In this document: in pieces, positions 46,801-59,277 of the stretch
Layout: every line of letters starts with the position of its first letter
Numbering within the stretch: position 1 is the stretch's first letter
NCBI GenBank assembly: GCA_965240325.2
Contig: OZ251253.1
Coordinates: 124,001 to 188,000, forward strand
Source: Rebecca billardiae RCC1528
Lineage: Eukaryota > Protista > Haptophyta
Direction: 5' to 3'
Length of the DNA: 64,000 nt
The notes under the pieces: generated by a model
Databases searched by the model: none
What the model was told of the DNA's origin: nothing
What the model saw: only the letters and a program-made list of their open reading frames with translations
Position numbers and translations under genes: made by a program

Positions 46801-49800
46801 AAGCTGCGGGGGTACGCCTCGCGCACGCCCGGCGCGGACGCGAGCGCGTTCCACACGCACGCGCCCGCGTGCAGCGTGAGCAGCAGGATCAGCATGTGGT
46901 GCGCGATGCCGGCCAGCAGCTGCGTGTCCTTGAGCGAGCGCCGCCAGCCGAGGTACGCGCGCAACGCGACGCGCGCGTTGATTAGCCTCAGCAGCCGGAG
47001 CAGGAAGACTGCGAACAGCTCGCCGCCGAGCGCCCACACGAACAGGTCGAACGGGAAGTTGGCGAGCAGGTCGAGCGGAAAGTCGGTCGTGAGGTAGTGG
47101 TGCCGGATCGCGCGCAGCTCGCACACCTCGACGGACGACTCGTTGACGAAGCCGGTGCACAGCCGCAGGCCCATGCGGCACCAGTACAGGCAGTCGAGTG
47201 CGAGCGTTGCCCAGCGCAGGTACGGCATGCGCCGCGTGATCGGCGCGAAGGCGAGCTGCACCGGCACCAGGAAGAGGTCGACGCACGCGAGGCCGATGTA
47301 CGCGGCGTGCACGCGCGCGGCGAGGCGGCCGCGCGCGGAGAGCACAAACCACGGCCGCCGCGGCGCGGCGTCCGGGGCGGCCCCACCCGCGCCCTCGGCA
47401 CCGCCGCCCGCCTCGCTCGGCGCACTCCCCGCGCGGCCTCCCTCGTGCAGCAGCGCCGCCGCGAGCCGCTCCCACGTGGCGAGCGGCTGCCTCGCCTCCG
47501 CATCCTCGTCCGCACCCGCCACGAGCGCCGCCGCCGCCGCCGCGGGCGCCTTGCTCGGCGCGTGCAGCTCAAGGCCCAGTGCCTCGCCGCACCAGCGGCT
47601 CACGTGCTGCGCGCTCGTCGCCGGGTGGATGGGCAGCGCGAGCCCCGCGAGCTTGAGCAGCACCTCCGCCTCGGCCGCGTCGGGCAGCCGCAGCCGCCCC
47701 GTCTCCGCGCGCGTGTGGATGGCGCGCGCGAGCGCGCCGCGCGCGCGCGCGCCCGCGAGCGCGCGCTCGAGCTCAGAGTACGCACCGCCGTCGTGCTCCG
47801 CCGCGCCCGCCGCGTCGAGGGCCGTGGCGGCGTGCGGCGCCCTCGCGCCGCCGTCGAGAGCGTCGGCGCGCGGCTGCTCGGCGCGCTCCTTGCCCAGTCC
47901 CGCCTTCAGGTTGAGCCCGAGGCTCAGCACGCCCGTGCCGTCCGGCGACGCGACCGTCGGCTCGCTCTTGGCCGCGTGCCCGGCGGCCGGTTGGTCGTGG
48001 TCCGCGCCCGGACCGCCGCCGCCGCCGGGCTCCGCCTCCTGCAGGCTGGCGCTCATGATCCACACGGCGGTGGCGAGCACGAACTGCTCGATCGTCACGG
48101 TGCCGCCACGGAGCGCCGCGTGCGCCAGCCGGCTGGGCGCGTTGGTGTGCGCGCCGACGACGAGGCCGAGCGACGGCGGCGGCTCGTCCGCCTCCGCCGC
48201 CGCCGCCGCTCGGGCCGAGTCCGCCGCCTCGGCGGGCGGCGGCGCGGCGGCCTCCTCCTCCTCCGCCTCGCCGGCGGGCGCGGCCTCCTCCTCCGCCTCG
48301 GGCGAGATGGGCGCCACCGTCGGCGCGTGCCGCGCCGCCGCGCCCTCCCCCGCCTCGAGCGCGCCGAAGAGCGGAGGCACTCCATCCTGCGACGAGCGCG
48401 CGGAGCCGGCAAGCGAGATCGCATCTCCCTGGTCGGCGCCGCCCGAGGTGCGCAGCAGCTGGCTGCGGCTGCTGCCGCCGCCGCTGCTGCGCAGGATGCC
48501 GCTCGCGCCCGAGCGGCGCGGCGCGAGCCGCGAGGGCACGCCGGCGTCGCTGGTGGTGGTGGGCACGTCCGCCGCCTGCGCGAGCAGCCGGTGCAGCGCC
48601 TTCACGTTCGCGCCGCCCATCTCGCCCACCTGCCGCCCGACGGCGCGCACGCTGCTCAGTCGCACCGAGCTCGCGTTGCCGTCGGAGAACACGCGGAACA
48701 GCTTGAGAAGGATGGCGACGGCGCGCGCGACGTGCTCCGCCTCGGGCGGGACGGCGCGCGCGGCCTCGCCGCCCTCGCCGCCCTGCGAGTCGTCGGCGCG
48801 CGCCGCCGCGTCCGCGCCGAGCGGGTGCGCCCCGCGCCGCCGGACCGCCGCAGGGCTGATCGAGCCGATGAGCCCGCTGACACGGCCGCTGCGCCGGCCG
48901 CTGCTCAGGCCGCTGCGCACGCTGCCGCCGAAGGAGGCGCGCGAGGAGCGCGCCGAGAAGCGCGGCTCGAACGCCGGCGAGCGCGAGCGCGAGCGCCGCG
49001 GCGGCGGCGGCGGCGGCGGCGTGCGCGGCGGCGTGCCCGGAGGCGTGCCACCCGCCGCCGTCGGCGGCGTCTCTGCGCCGCCGCCGCCGTCCGCCGCCCT
49101 GTGCGCCGTGCGCCGCAGCGCGTCGATGAAGGGCTTGGAGGTGAAGAGGAGGGCGAAGCCGCTCGCGGAGAAGGAGTCGGGCACGGGGAGCACGCTCTCC
49201 TCGTACGGCGGCGCGCTCGCGCGCCGGCCAAACCCGCGGCCGCCCACCGCCGACGCCAACCGCGGCGGCGCGTGCGCCTGGCCGATTGCCAGCACGGCCT
49301 CGCCTGTGACGGAGGAGCGGCGGCGCGCCGCGGCGCCGAGGGCGGCGCTGTCGTCCGGCCTGGACTCGGAGGGGCGGCGGGCCGAGGGCGGCTCGGCCGC
49401 CTTGCCCTGCGGCGAGCCCACCGAGCCGGTCGACTTGAGCAGGCTGCGGTGGCGCGCGCCGTGCGGCCGCGGCCGCGTGACCGTGTCAGTGAGGCGCTCG
49501 AGCAGCTCGGCGACGACCGCCTGCGCGGCGTGCGGCTCGATGCCAAGCTTGGTCGCGAGCATGGCCTCGAGTGCGGACGCCTCCTCCGCCGGGCTGCCCG
49601 CGCCGCGCATCGCCTCGTCGTACAGCGCGCGCAGCCGCGCGAGCCCGCGCTCCGCGCTCGGCAGCTGCAGCACCGCCCTGACAAACCCCCTGGCTGTGGT
49701 GGACCCTGGCTGCTGCTGCTCGTCGTCGTCCTCGTCCTCCTCCTGGAGCTCCGACGCGTCGCGCGCGCCGAGGGGCGCGTCGTCCGCGTCCGCGCCGTAC

Positions 49801-52800
49801 ACGTCGGCCCACTGCTCCGCGCGCGGCGCGAGCAGCCTGTACAGTGCGCGCTCGTCGCGCGCCAGCGCGCGCAGCGTGTTCACCGCCCCCTTGAGCGAGA
49901 TTTCAATCTCGTGCTCGAGCGACTGGCGCTGCAGCGCGGCCGTCGCCATCAGCTTCTGCCCGGAGTGCAGCTCGCGCATCAGCGCGAGCGTGTCGAGGGC
50001 GCGCGCGGCGCGCAGCGCGGCGCCCATCTCCTCGTCCGCCGCCGCCACCTCGCGCGCGCCCGACTCGCCCGAATACATGAGCAGCACCGCCGCGAGCTTG
50101 GCGTCGCCCTCGAGCAGAGCGTGCGCGAGCGGCGTGCGGCCCCACTTGTCGCGCACGGCCGGGTCGGCCATCGACGCGAGGAGCAGGTGCGTGGCGGACA
50201 TGGAGCGCGAGGCGACGGCGGTGTGCAGCGCCGTCCGCCCGTCGTAGTCCGCCGCGTCCACAGCACACCCGTACTCGACGACGAACTTGATAGCGGGCAG
50301 GTTGGCTGCGCGCGCGGCGCGGTTCAGCTCGCGCGCGAGCACGGCCTCAGATGCGCGCGCCGCGCACGGAACGAGCAGCTTGGCGACGAGGAGGTGGCCG
50401 TGCGTGATCGCCGTGTCGAGCGGCGTGCGGCCCCAGCGGTCCGTCGCGTTCACGTCCGCCATCTGCGTCACCAGGAACTCGACGACGCGCGACGAGCCGC
50501 GCGCCGCCGCCGCGTGCAGCGCCGACGACGCGTCGTGGTCTCGCGCGTTCACGTCGACGCCGTTCTGAAGCAGCATCTGCACGAGCGCCGTGTCCGCTGC
50601 GCGCGTCGCCTCGTGCAGCCGCTCCGCGCCGTCGGCGATCGTGAGCGCCGCGCCGCTCGCCTCGAGCTGCGCCGCCACCGCGCCATGCCGCCCGGCCACG
50701 GCGAGCTCGACCGGCGTGCGCCCCCAGCGGTCGGCACAGTTGAGGTCGGCGGCGGCCTCGACGAGCGCGCCCACGACCGCGGCGTTGCCGAGCGCGGCGG
50801 CGAGGTGCAGCGCGCTCCGCCCGTCAAAGTCGCGCGTGTCCACGGCGTACCCGCGCGCGAGCAGCTCGCGGATCGCCTCGATGTCCGACGCGCCCACCGC
50901 CGCGCGCATCACGCTCAGGCTCTCCTCGTGCCGCAGCAGGATTGCGCGGCGGATCGCGCCCTTCTGCTCGCGCAGCTCGCGCAGCTCGTCCTCGTCCAGC
51001 TGGCTGCCGCCGCCGCCGCGCTGCTGCTCGCCCTCGAGCCCGCCGACGTCGTTGCCCTCCGAGTCGAGCCCGTACCTGCGCAGGAACGTAGCGAGCACCG
51101 TGGCCTTCTCCTCGGGGTACGACAAGAGCACGCGCTCGTACGCCTCCTTGCTCAGCACGATCAGCGTCACCTCGCCCGCCGCAGACGCGGAGATGGTGTA
51201 CGGGTGCTGCGTGCCGAGGAGGAAGGCGCCCTCGCCGACGATCTGGCCGGGCCCGAGGTCGGAGCGGATCGTGCCGATGTACTTGTCGCCCTTGAAGCTG
51301 TCGAGCGCGCCCGCCGCGCACCACAGCAGCTCGGTCGAGCCGTCGCCGCGGCTGAAGAGCACCTCGCGCGGCAGCAGGAAGCGCTCGCGCAGCAGCAGCA
51401 CGAGCGACGAGCGCAGCTGCGCCGAGCAGCCGCGGAAGAGGTACGAATGGCTGAGCTCGCGCGCGTACTGCGCGGTCGCCACCTCCGTGCGCATCGAGAG
51501 CGGCATCTTGCCCACGATCTGCGCCGCGCCCGCCGTCTGCTTGCGGTGCTGGAACGCGTAGTACTCGCGGATCCGCCCGACGAGCGCGGGCGGTAGCTTG
51601 CGCTCCTTTCCAAAGCGCTCGGCCGCCTGCAGCACCATCTTGTTGCGCAGCACGTTCTGGTCGACGCGGATGAGGAAGTGGAGCAGCGTGCCAAAGACGA
51701 ACGCGTAGAAGACGATCTGCGCGAGCGCGGCGAGCACCGCGAGCAGCACCTCGAGCCGCGCGCTGATCACGAGGCTGCCGTACCCCATGCCTGGCGGATG
51801 GATGGATGGATGACCGGATGAATGGACCGTCGCGGCGAGGGCGCACGCCGCCCGCGGCAGACACACAAACAAACGGGCGGGAGCGGGCGAGAGGGGGAGG
51901 GCGGTCGTCAGCGTGGCCTTCAGACGCGACCGTTGCCGTCGGTAAGTGGCGCGCGATACGGCAGGCAGGCGGGCCGATCGCGCGGGACGCGGCGCAGGCG
52001 GTCGCAGCCGCCAGCGGCAGCGGGCAGCGGGCAGATGCAGCGGCAGCGGACAGCGGGCAGATGCAGCGGCAGCGGGCAGCGGGCAGCAGCAGCAGCGGCC
52101 ACCACCACCACGCACCGGTCATGCCCGACCACGCGACAAAGATCGAGAGGAGGTAGCTCTCGCCGAGGTCGAGGGCGTCCGGCGCGAGGCTCTCGTTCCC
52201 GGTGAAGTGGGCGTACTGCGCCACCCAGGAAGGCAGCTCCGCCGTCTCGCCCCCGCGCAGCGCCACCGCCCACCACGCGCACGCCCACCAGTGCGGTACG
52301 GAGAACAGTACGACAAAGAACTTGAACGGGCCGATCAGCGACGCGCTGGTCGCGAGGTCGTTGTTGAGCTTCTGGATGAAGGCCATGAGGTCGTGGACGC
52401 GGGTGATGCGCAGGACCTGCACCGCGACCCACGGCGCGATGCTCCCGCCGAGGTAGTAGTACAGGCGCGCGGCGTGCAGCAGCATGAAGCTCGCCCAGCT
52501 CAGCGCGGCCTGCAGCGGAGGGTATCGGAACGTGTTCGGGTCGTCGGCCCGCGGCGCGCCCGGTGCGGTCGACGCGAGGATGGCAGGGAGCTGCACCCGC
52601 ACGACGATCATCTCGAGCGAGAGCAGCTCGAGCACGTCGGTCAGCAGGTCGAGCACGAGCAGCGAGCCCGACTCCACCGTCGCGACCGGGAACGCGACTC
52701 TGAGCGGGATCATAATCTCCTCGTACAGCAGGATGGGCAGGCGCAGGTATCGGGAGATGGCGTCGACGCGCGCGCGGTGTGCAACGTCCCAGTCGTGGCT

Positions 52801-53043
52801 GTCGGTTGACGGCGCGTGCTCCTCCTCCTCCTCGACGATGATCGGCCGCCACGTCACGCGCCGGCGCGCGCCGCCGCCGCCGGCCGAGCGCCTGCCGTCG
52901 CGCCGAAGGAGGATGCCGCCTTTGCGGCTCTCGTGCGGCGAGGACTGCGGCTTCGCGCGCGTCGGTCTCGCCTTTCCGGCCGCGGTCGACCCCACCATCG
53001 CCGCCGCCGTGTCGGGAGCCGGCTTGACCGTCGCCCAGCCCAT
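43830..53043 (-). CDS. Two-repeat Shaker-like cation/K+ channel: (TM/pore - CNBD - ankyrin) x2; introns 51791-52115, 45573-45725, 43947-44263
   Basis: Splicing restores the filter SGMT-G-MGYGSL. C-linkers LVGRIREYY and MPLSMRTEVA; CNBDs GQIVGEGAFL and GEPLGELAFV; multiple ankyrin repeats (DFDGRSALHLAA, DRWGRTPLD). Second pore is STLGLPGLP. The last exon LIQLSHVHERL...DA* is inferred from splice signals. The start codon is uncertain. Confidence 0.82.
44139..44216. mobile_element. Intronic hairpin insertion (16-bp perfect arms) between 16-bp direct repeats
   Basis: GCGCGCGAGGACGACG at 44139-44154 and 44201-44216 flanks CCTACCCATTCTCGTA-AGTACACA-TACGAGAATGGGTAGG. Confidence 0.55.
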
Positions 53044-53511
53044 GAGCGCGAGCGCGTGCCGTGGATGGGCGGTGTTTGATGCGCGTTCTGGATCCAGAGC
53101 TTCGGTATCTTCAAGCCTTCTCGCACTTGCCACGCATATTTGAGTTCCCTCGTTGATGAATACACGGGTCTTACTGAAAACCCACGGAAATCAAAATCAC
53201 TACTGCTCTTTACCCAGATACTTGGAGATTGAGCAATGGAATGCTGCTACCCTCATAAATGAAGAACGGGAAAGCCAGGATCAGCGTCTGGCGACTTAAA
53301 ATACCGCTTGCACATAGAGCCAGTCATCAATACCGCGCGTATTTTTTGGTGGGCTCGTGCCGCGAAATCGTCAGTGCCCTCAATATCTGGCGGTAAAACT
53401 TGTTAGCTATGTTACCCAATACGGTTTACGCGGCGGGTATGGCGGGCCGTAATTTTGACTATATTTTTCAATCAGCCGGCCTCCCCTCTCGGGAATCACG
53501 CACCCACTCAG
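53044..53511. promoter_or_regulatory. Probable bidirectional promoter (channel / MHYT gene)
   Basis: AT-rich gap of ~470 bp between divergent starts. Confidence 0.5.
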
Positions 53512-54570
53512 ATGGGGACCGCTCCTTGCGACGAGCTCATACAGGTGTGGGACGGGAGGTTCGTCGTCCTCTCCCTCATCATCAGCACGCTTGGCTCGTT
53601 CACCTCCCTCACCTCCGCAGTGTATGCCTTCACCGTCCTCCGCCATCCGCACCTGCGCTCGTCCTTCCACGCGTACATGCTGTCGGCGGGCGTGGCGATC
53701 GGCGGCATCGGCGTCTGGGGCATGCACTTCATCGGGATGCACGCGCTCACGCTCGAGACGTGCGACGGGCGGCCGGTTCAGAAGACGTATAACGTCGCGC
53801 TCACGCTCGCCTCGTTTGTCGCAGCGGTCGTCGTCGGCACGCTGGTCTTCTACGTGGTCCTGCCACCTGACAGCATCCGGCCGAGCGGCGACGCGGGCGG
53901 CGGCGCCGCAAGAAGCTCGCGAAGCAGCGACGGCGCCAGCAGTGCGCAGCAGATGTCGTGCGGCATGGAGCTGTGCGGCCACCAGCCATTCGTGGGCAAG
54001 TTCGCCACTGGCCGCTTTGCGCTCGCGTCGCTGCTGCTCGCGATGGGCGCGAGCGTGATGCACTACATGGGTATGACTGCCATGTATGGCCCGTATACCA
54101 TCGGCTACGATCCGGTGCTGGTGGCGCTCTCCACGCTGATCGCGGCCGTCGCCGCGAGCTCCGGCCTCTTCATTGTCGTGCAGATCGCGCACGCCGGGCT
54201 CGCCACCTACTCCATCGTGATGCGCGTGGCCGCAGCCATCGCTATCTCGCTCGCCGTGAACAGCATGCACTACGTGGGTATGTTCAGCGCGCACTACCTG
54301 CCCGCGCCGAGCCTCGCGGAGAACGTGAACCACGGGCTGGGGCCGAACGTGCAGATCCACGTGGTCGTCGTCATCCCCGCCGCCGTGGCCTACTGCTTTG
54401 CGCATCTCCTCGCCATCTACTCGCACCTGACTATGCATTTGTCGGCCGTCGGCGCGCCACCGGACGTCGATCCGTCGATGGCGCGCGCCATCGCGGCTGC
54501 GGAAGATGGCGGCGGTGCAGCAGGCGGCGGCACGGCGGCAGGCAGCAAGCCGGGGCAGGGGTGGCGGTGA
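53512..54570 (+). CDS. Stand-alone MHYT-domain integral membrane sensor protein
   Basis: WDGRFVVLSLIISTLGSFTSL start and three MHYT repeats: GIGVWGMHFIGMHA, GASVMHYMGMTA and AVNSMHYVGMFSA. No output domain; apparently intronless. Confidence 0.9.
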   Translation: MGTAPCDELIQVWDGRFVVLSLIISTLGSFTSLTSAVYAFTVLRHPHLRSSFHAYMLSAGVAIGGIGVWGMHFIGMHALTLETCDGRPVQKTYNVALTLASFVAAVVVGTLVFYVVLPPDSIRPSGDAGGGAARSSRSSDGASSAQQMSCGMELCGHQPFVGKFATGRFALASLLLAMGASVMHYMGMTAMYGPYTIGYDPVLVALSTLIAAVAASSGLFIVVQIAHAGLATYSIVMRVAAAIAISLAVNSMHYVGMFSAHYLPAPSLAENVNHGLGPNVQIHVVVVIPAAVAYCFAHLLAIYSHLTMHLSAVGAPPDVDPSMARAIAAAEDGGGAAGGGTAAGSKPGQGWR

Positions 54571-55739
54571 CGCATGTCTGCTTAATGGCGGCAGCACGCC
54601 CGGGTCGAGTGCTCGATGGCGTGCGCCGACGATGGCCGATGACTAGCAGCGCGCGCCCGGATCTGCCGCCAGGAGCGAGTGACTGATGATCATCATTGTG
54701 TATATAAACCGCGCCCGGAGTCAGCGGCGAGCTGAAATACCGCCTGATGAATCATACTGCTATCTATTGCGCGCCAATATCGGACGCGATATGGCGGCGG
54801 TGCCCACTGCTAGGTTGATGGCCGGACTGCCGGCTGCGCCACATTGCGTTAATCTGAGGTGGGCCGAAACGAGTGTTTGGCAGACGTCGAGGAAAAAACA
54901 TGGCCGCCCCTGATTGGCTGAGGCTTTAACACCCTTCAATAGCGCTCGAGAGCGCAAGATTCCCGTAATAGGGAGGTCCGCAGGGACTCTTCAATCTTCC
55001 CATCGTCGCGCTTCGAGGACCAGCTCCAGGCTCCGCCTTCCGACCGAGCCACCGAGGGGAGGTGAAGCTGGCGCCCTGGCCTTTCCCGGTCGAACACCTG
55101 CTCGCTACTACAGCTCGGGCTGCGGTCCGAACACGGCGTGGCAGAATGGCGCCAAGCAGTAAGGTGATGGACGCGGCTGGGCGTTGACCGTTGCCCAAGA
55201 CCGGCGGGTGCTGCGCGGTAAATTGCTCGTGCGCGGCGGGCCGGTCAGTTGGAGTCCGCGCTCCGCAGCGCGGAGCACGTGAAGCGAACAGAGTGTCCGC
55301 AGCCACAGATGCGGTGGTCAGCTCATGCAGGTTCGTGATCAACCAGTTCTCGCGCGGCCATCAACACCGCCACGCCCTGCCCCTGATCATCTCGTCGCTC
55401 GAGAACCCGCGCGAGCGGGAAATGGATGGGTCGGGCATGGCGGGCATCGAGTCCTACCTCTTCTTGCAGTGCTCCCTGCAGCCGCAGTCACTGCTCGACA
55501 GCATGGGTGGTGCAGTCAGGTCGGGAGCACCGTCAGAGCCCATTGCCTTGCCAAGGCTGGTGTACTTTGACCGAAGCCACTTCTGCGCGGAGGCGGCTGG
55601 TGACGCCATCATTGCCAAGCGCGCCGGCCGCGAGTCACATTCAACACCGACGACGAGGCGAGGCGCGGAAGAAGCTGCGGTGGCTGCTGCTGTACAGGTC
55701 CGGGGTGCCCAATACTAGGGCGATAACGGCCATCCCACG

Positions 55740-55928
55740 GTGCTGCCCGGTGAGAACGTGCTCCGATGATCATCCGATGATCATAGTGTCTGTGCGCCGC
55801 GCCGACAGGCACCCCCGCCGCGGCACTATTCTCGTGCAGTGCTGCCCGGCGGTGAGAACGTGCTCTGATAATCATGATAGCAGTCTGCGTCTGTGCGCCG
55901 CCGGGCACCGCCACTTTTCCCGTGCAGC
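55740..55928 (+). repeat. Degenerate tandem duplication, ~95-bp unit x2
   Basis: GTGCTGCCCGG(CGG)TGAGAACGTGCTC..GTCTGTGCGCCGC..CGTGCAG at 55740 and 55839. Confidence 0.8.
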
Positions 55929-56223
55929 GTCGAGCTAGTGGTTTTTAGATCCGTGCGCCCACGACGTAGTGCGCTGGCGTCGGGCTCCGCGCGACGGCCA
56001 CGGCTGAGGCACCCAGAATAGCGGGCTCATCCGATTCGATCCTCACTCATACGTCTCATCGGAGTCACTTCGATCTTCCGTTTCAATCACCATGCATGCC
56101 GTAGTCGTATAGTCGTGTATATTCCTGACAGGCTCATCAGCGCCTGCGGCCCTACGGTTAAGTGAATAGTACGTAGTACTGGGGCAGGGCACCCGGCGCG
56201 GAGTGACTCGGCGCGTGTGCCGT

Positions 56224-56309
56224 GACCGGCGGCGGCCCGCGGCGTCACGGCGTGCCTCACCCGGCGCGCGTGCCGACCGGCGGCGGCCCGCGGCGTCACG
56301 GCGTGCCTC
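56224..56309 (+). repeat. 35-bp direct repeat x2 (a further 25-bp tandem pair lies near 56525-56572)
   Basis: GACCGGCGGCGGCCCGCGGCGTCACGGCGTGCCTC at 56224 and 56275. Confidence 0.8.
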
Positions 56310-59277
56310 GCATGGCATCAGATTCAGACAGCAGCAGACTAAATACGGTGACTCTGCTGCAGTGTAAGGCGGTTCTCCGCCACGCTGATCGAGTGATCGA
56401 GCACGTGCTTGCTTCCCGGCGAGCGGCGCGGGCGGCGGCGACGTGATCATAATCACATCACAGTGTCTAGTGTCAGCAGCTATACTGACGATTACTGTCG
56501 TCTCGTCATACTGTAGTACGCAGCTCGTCAGTCAACGCCTGCTGGCGGCTCGTCAGTCGACGCCTGCTGGCGGCGCTCACCACGACTCACACCAGGCTTA
56601 CTCGCGACGATTGGCATCAGCATAGTACTAGTAGATCAATCATGCTGCAGCGTCGGAGTTCGTCACTACGTCGACGCGGCCGGGGACTCGGACAGCCGCC
56701 ATAACTACATTGTTGTTAGACTTACTCGGCGGAGTCAGAGTCGTCGGAGACTAAAGTTACGGCGGCCGGACGCACTCATCAGTGTCGATCGACAATTGAC
56801 GACATCCCGGACCATAATCCATATCCGAACGGCGCGGCCCGCGCGGGCAGCACGGTCTGACTAAAGAGGTCATCGTCATCAGACTCAGCAGCCTCGGACG
56901 GCACGACGCAGTAGACGGCCACGGGGACGCCGCGGCCGCGCTGATGCTGCAAGTAGCGTAGTATATGTGATGATGTAGAAAACGAGCCGTTGCGCTCGTC
57001 AAAAGTCCGAGGGCGAGGCCACCGCGCCCGCGGGACCGGCGTCGACCGCAGATCAGGTGTCGTCGGACAGCTGACTGACGGCGGCGGCGTGGCCGGCGCA
57101 GGCGTCGCCCGGCCGCGGCCTTGGCCCGCGCAGTCATTGACGGCACTCGGTCCCGTGGCATCCGAAGGCAGTGTCACAGACCATGATGGCGGCATACATC
57201 CGCGAGTCACACCTGCGGCCCCGCCGCCGTCCGCGTCCGCGCGCCGATGATGGCGGTCTGGCCGCGCGCGACACGGTCGTTCTTCTCCGGCGGATCCCAA
57301 TCATGCTGCGGTGGAGGCGGCGACGGAGGCGGTTCGAAGCCGCGTCTGCCAGCGTGGAAGCGTGGGGCGGCGCTGCGGCAGAATGTGGCTGCGCCACTCC
57401 AGCTGCCGCCCAATGCGCCGTGGATATGCACGCGCGCTCCTCATGTGCGCAGTCGCGGGAGAGGCTCACCGCCGAGCCGGATAAGCACCCTCCGCCTACT
57501 TGACTGTCGGCCTGTCGACATGCTCTGCACGAGGACCCCGCGCCTTGCGCGCAGATGGCCAGCAGGCACACCGTTCCATCACCGATCACGGCGCCGCTGC
57601 TTGAGTGGCGAGCGCGAGCGCGACCGACAGCGCCGGCGCGCCGGGCCTGCGCCGTTCTGATGCCGCATGCAGCGCATGCGCTGCCACCAGCGAGGCCGTG
57701 GCGGGCTGCGATTGCCGCGCTCCAGCCGCCGCTGCACGCGGCACGGATGGCACAGCACGTGCCTCCACATAGTGGTCGTGGCTGACGGTAGCCGCCTCGT
57801 CGGCCTGTGGCGTCGGCGTCCTCAAGTCCGCCTGCCGCAGTCGGCCTGCAGCAGCGGGCAGCGGAGAGGGTGTGGTGCAGCGCAGCGGTGACCGAGACGG
57901 AGAGGGCCACGCAGCCGGGCGCAGATAAGCATGGGTTGGACGCTCCCTTCGCCACGCTCATGAACGACGACCTGCAACATCCCGCTGGCACTCAACGCCA
58001 TCAATAAGGAAGCGTGAGCGCTCTCGTCTGACGAAATCGCGCAAAAGTGTTCCTCTGATACGCCGGACTCGTCGTCGCCCCCCGGCCTCCTCCCTGCAGG
58101 ATCTACGGCTTTGGACGTGTGTGCCTTTGGCCTCTGCTTCGCTGACATGATTAGTGCTTTCGCGAGACTCTGATTCCAACCTGCTCAGTTTTCATTGTCT
58201 TTCATGGGACTTTACTCAAAATGTGGGTGACATGGTTCACTCGTTTCGGCCAATGGGAGCACTGCTTTCGTGATTTTCGAGAGCCTCCCTTTTTCGCGAA
58301 CACTCGTTTCGCCCCACAAGAACGAAATTAACGCAATGTGTCACGTACGGTGGTCCGAAGTGGATGATCGTCAGCAGGCCGTACTACGTACGCCTACGGC
58401 CTACGACTCGTACTGGTACGATCGACCAAACCGACTACGTCCGAGCTAGTACGTACATGCGCGCATCATATATATATATAGTATGTATGATATCGACGAT
58501 GTTGAGCTGACGCAGCCTGGGGCGCGCATCTCAGCAGATGGCGTCGCCGCTGGGACGTCAGGGCCGGCGCCGCACCAGGCGGGCCGGCGGCATCAGCTAC
58601 GCAGTGGCTGGCTCTGGCGGCGCGCGCGCGCGGCGCGCGCGGCGGCAGGAGCGCGAGCGCAGCAGCGCTGGCGCGGAGCGACGTGGACGCGGAGCGCGGA
58701 CGCGGCAGCGCGGACGCGGAGCGACACGGACGCGGCGCGTGCGCGGGCGGTACGGCCCGGCGCAGCGCGGCACGGATGGCACGCCGGTGGCACAGGCGGG
58801 CGCCATCGTGGAAGAGTCCAAGGAACAACGGACTCGATCACTTCATTCATGGACGCCCGGATTCTCAGTTTTGAGAATCGAGAATCCGGGATCATGGGTC
58901 CGGGCGCAGCTTACCCAGGTCCGATGACATTACCGAGTACCTGGGGGAAAGATGAGCTTACGGCGGTGCGTCGGTAACGCCTGCGATTGGCGGACGCACG
59001 GAAGCGGGGCTCAGGAAGGTTACAAGATTCCCGAGCCGGGCCGCAAAACGCCGTGTCACCCTGCGCAACCGAAAGTTGGTTGCGGCAGGAGGATTAGCTT
59101 CGCTCGTCAGAGGAGCGAGGGTCGAGATTGCCTTCGTGGGCGTCACCGACGACGCGCCCGAGGACGTGCCGGTGAGCTCTTAGCAGGGCTCGAGACGCTC
59201 GGAGCTCGCGTTTACCCAATATGCATGCAGCGATCGGGAGGGATCGTACGCGCGGCGCTTTCTCATCGATCGCGCCG

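Noticed and set aside
318-53043. A retinoid/phototransduction cluster (CRAL-TRIO + STRA6-like + CNBD channel)
   Set aside because: The genes are tens of kb apart with unrelated genes between them, no opsin is present, and CRAL-TRIO ligand specificity cannot be inferred from the sequence.
55191-55718. 175-aa ORF with a partly coding-like middle
   Set aside because: Non-ATG start and no recognisable domain. It may be a pseudogene fragment, but this cannot be supported.
56750-58180. Several overlapping 100-285 aa ORFs
   Set aside because: No consistent frame, codon bias or motif.
58888-58903. GGATCATGGGTCCG as a half-tRNA-iMet PBS (GGTTATGGGCCCAG type)
   Set aside because: Several mismatches and not directly preceded by an LTR-ending CA; the TGG at 58850 is the better, still tentative, candidate.
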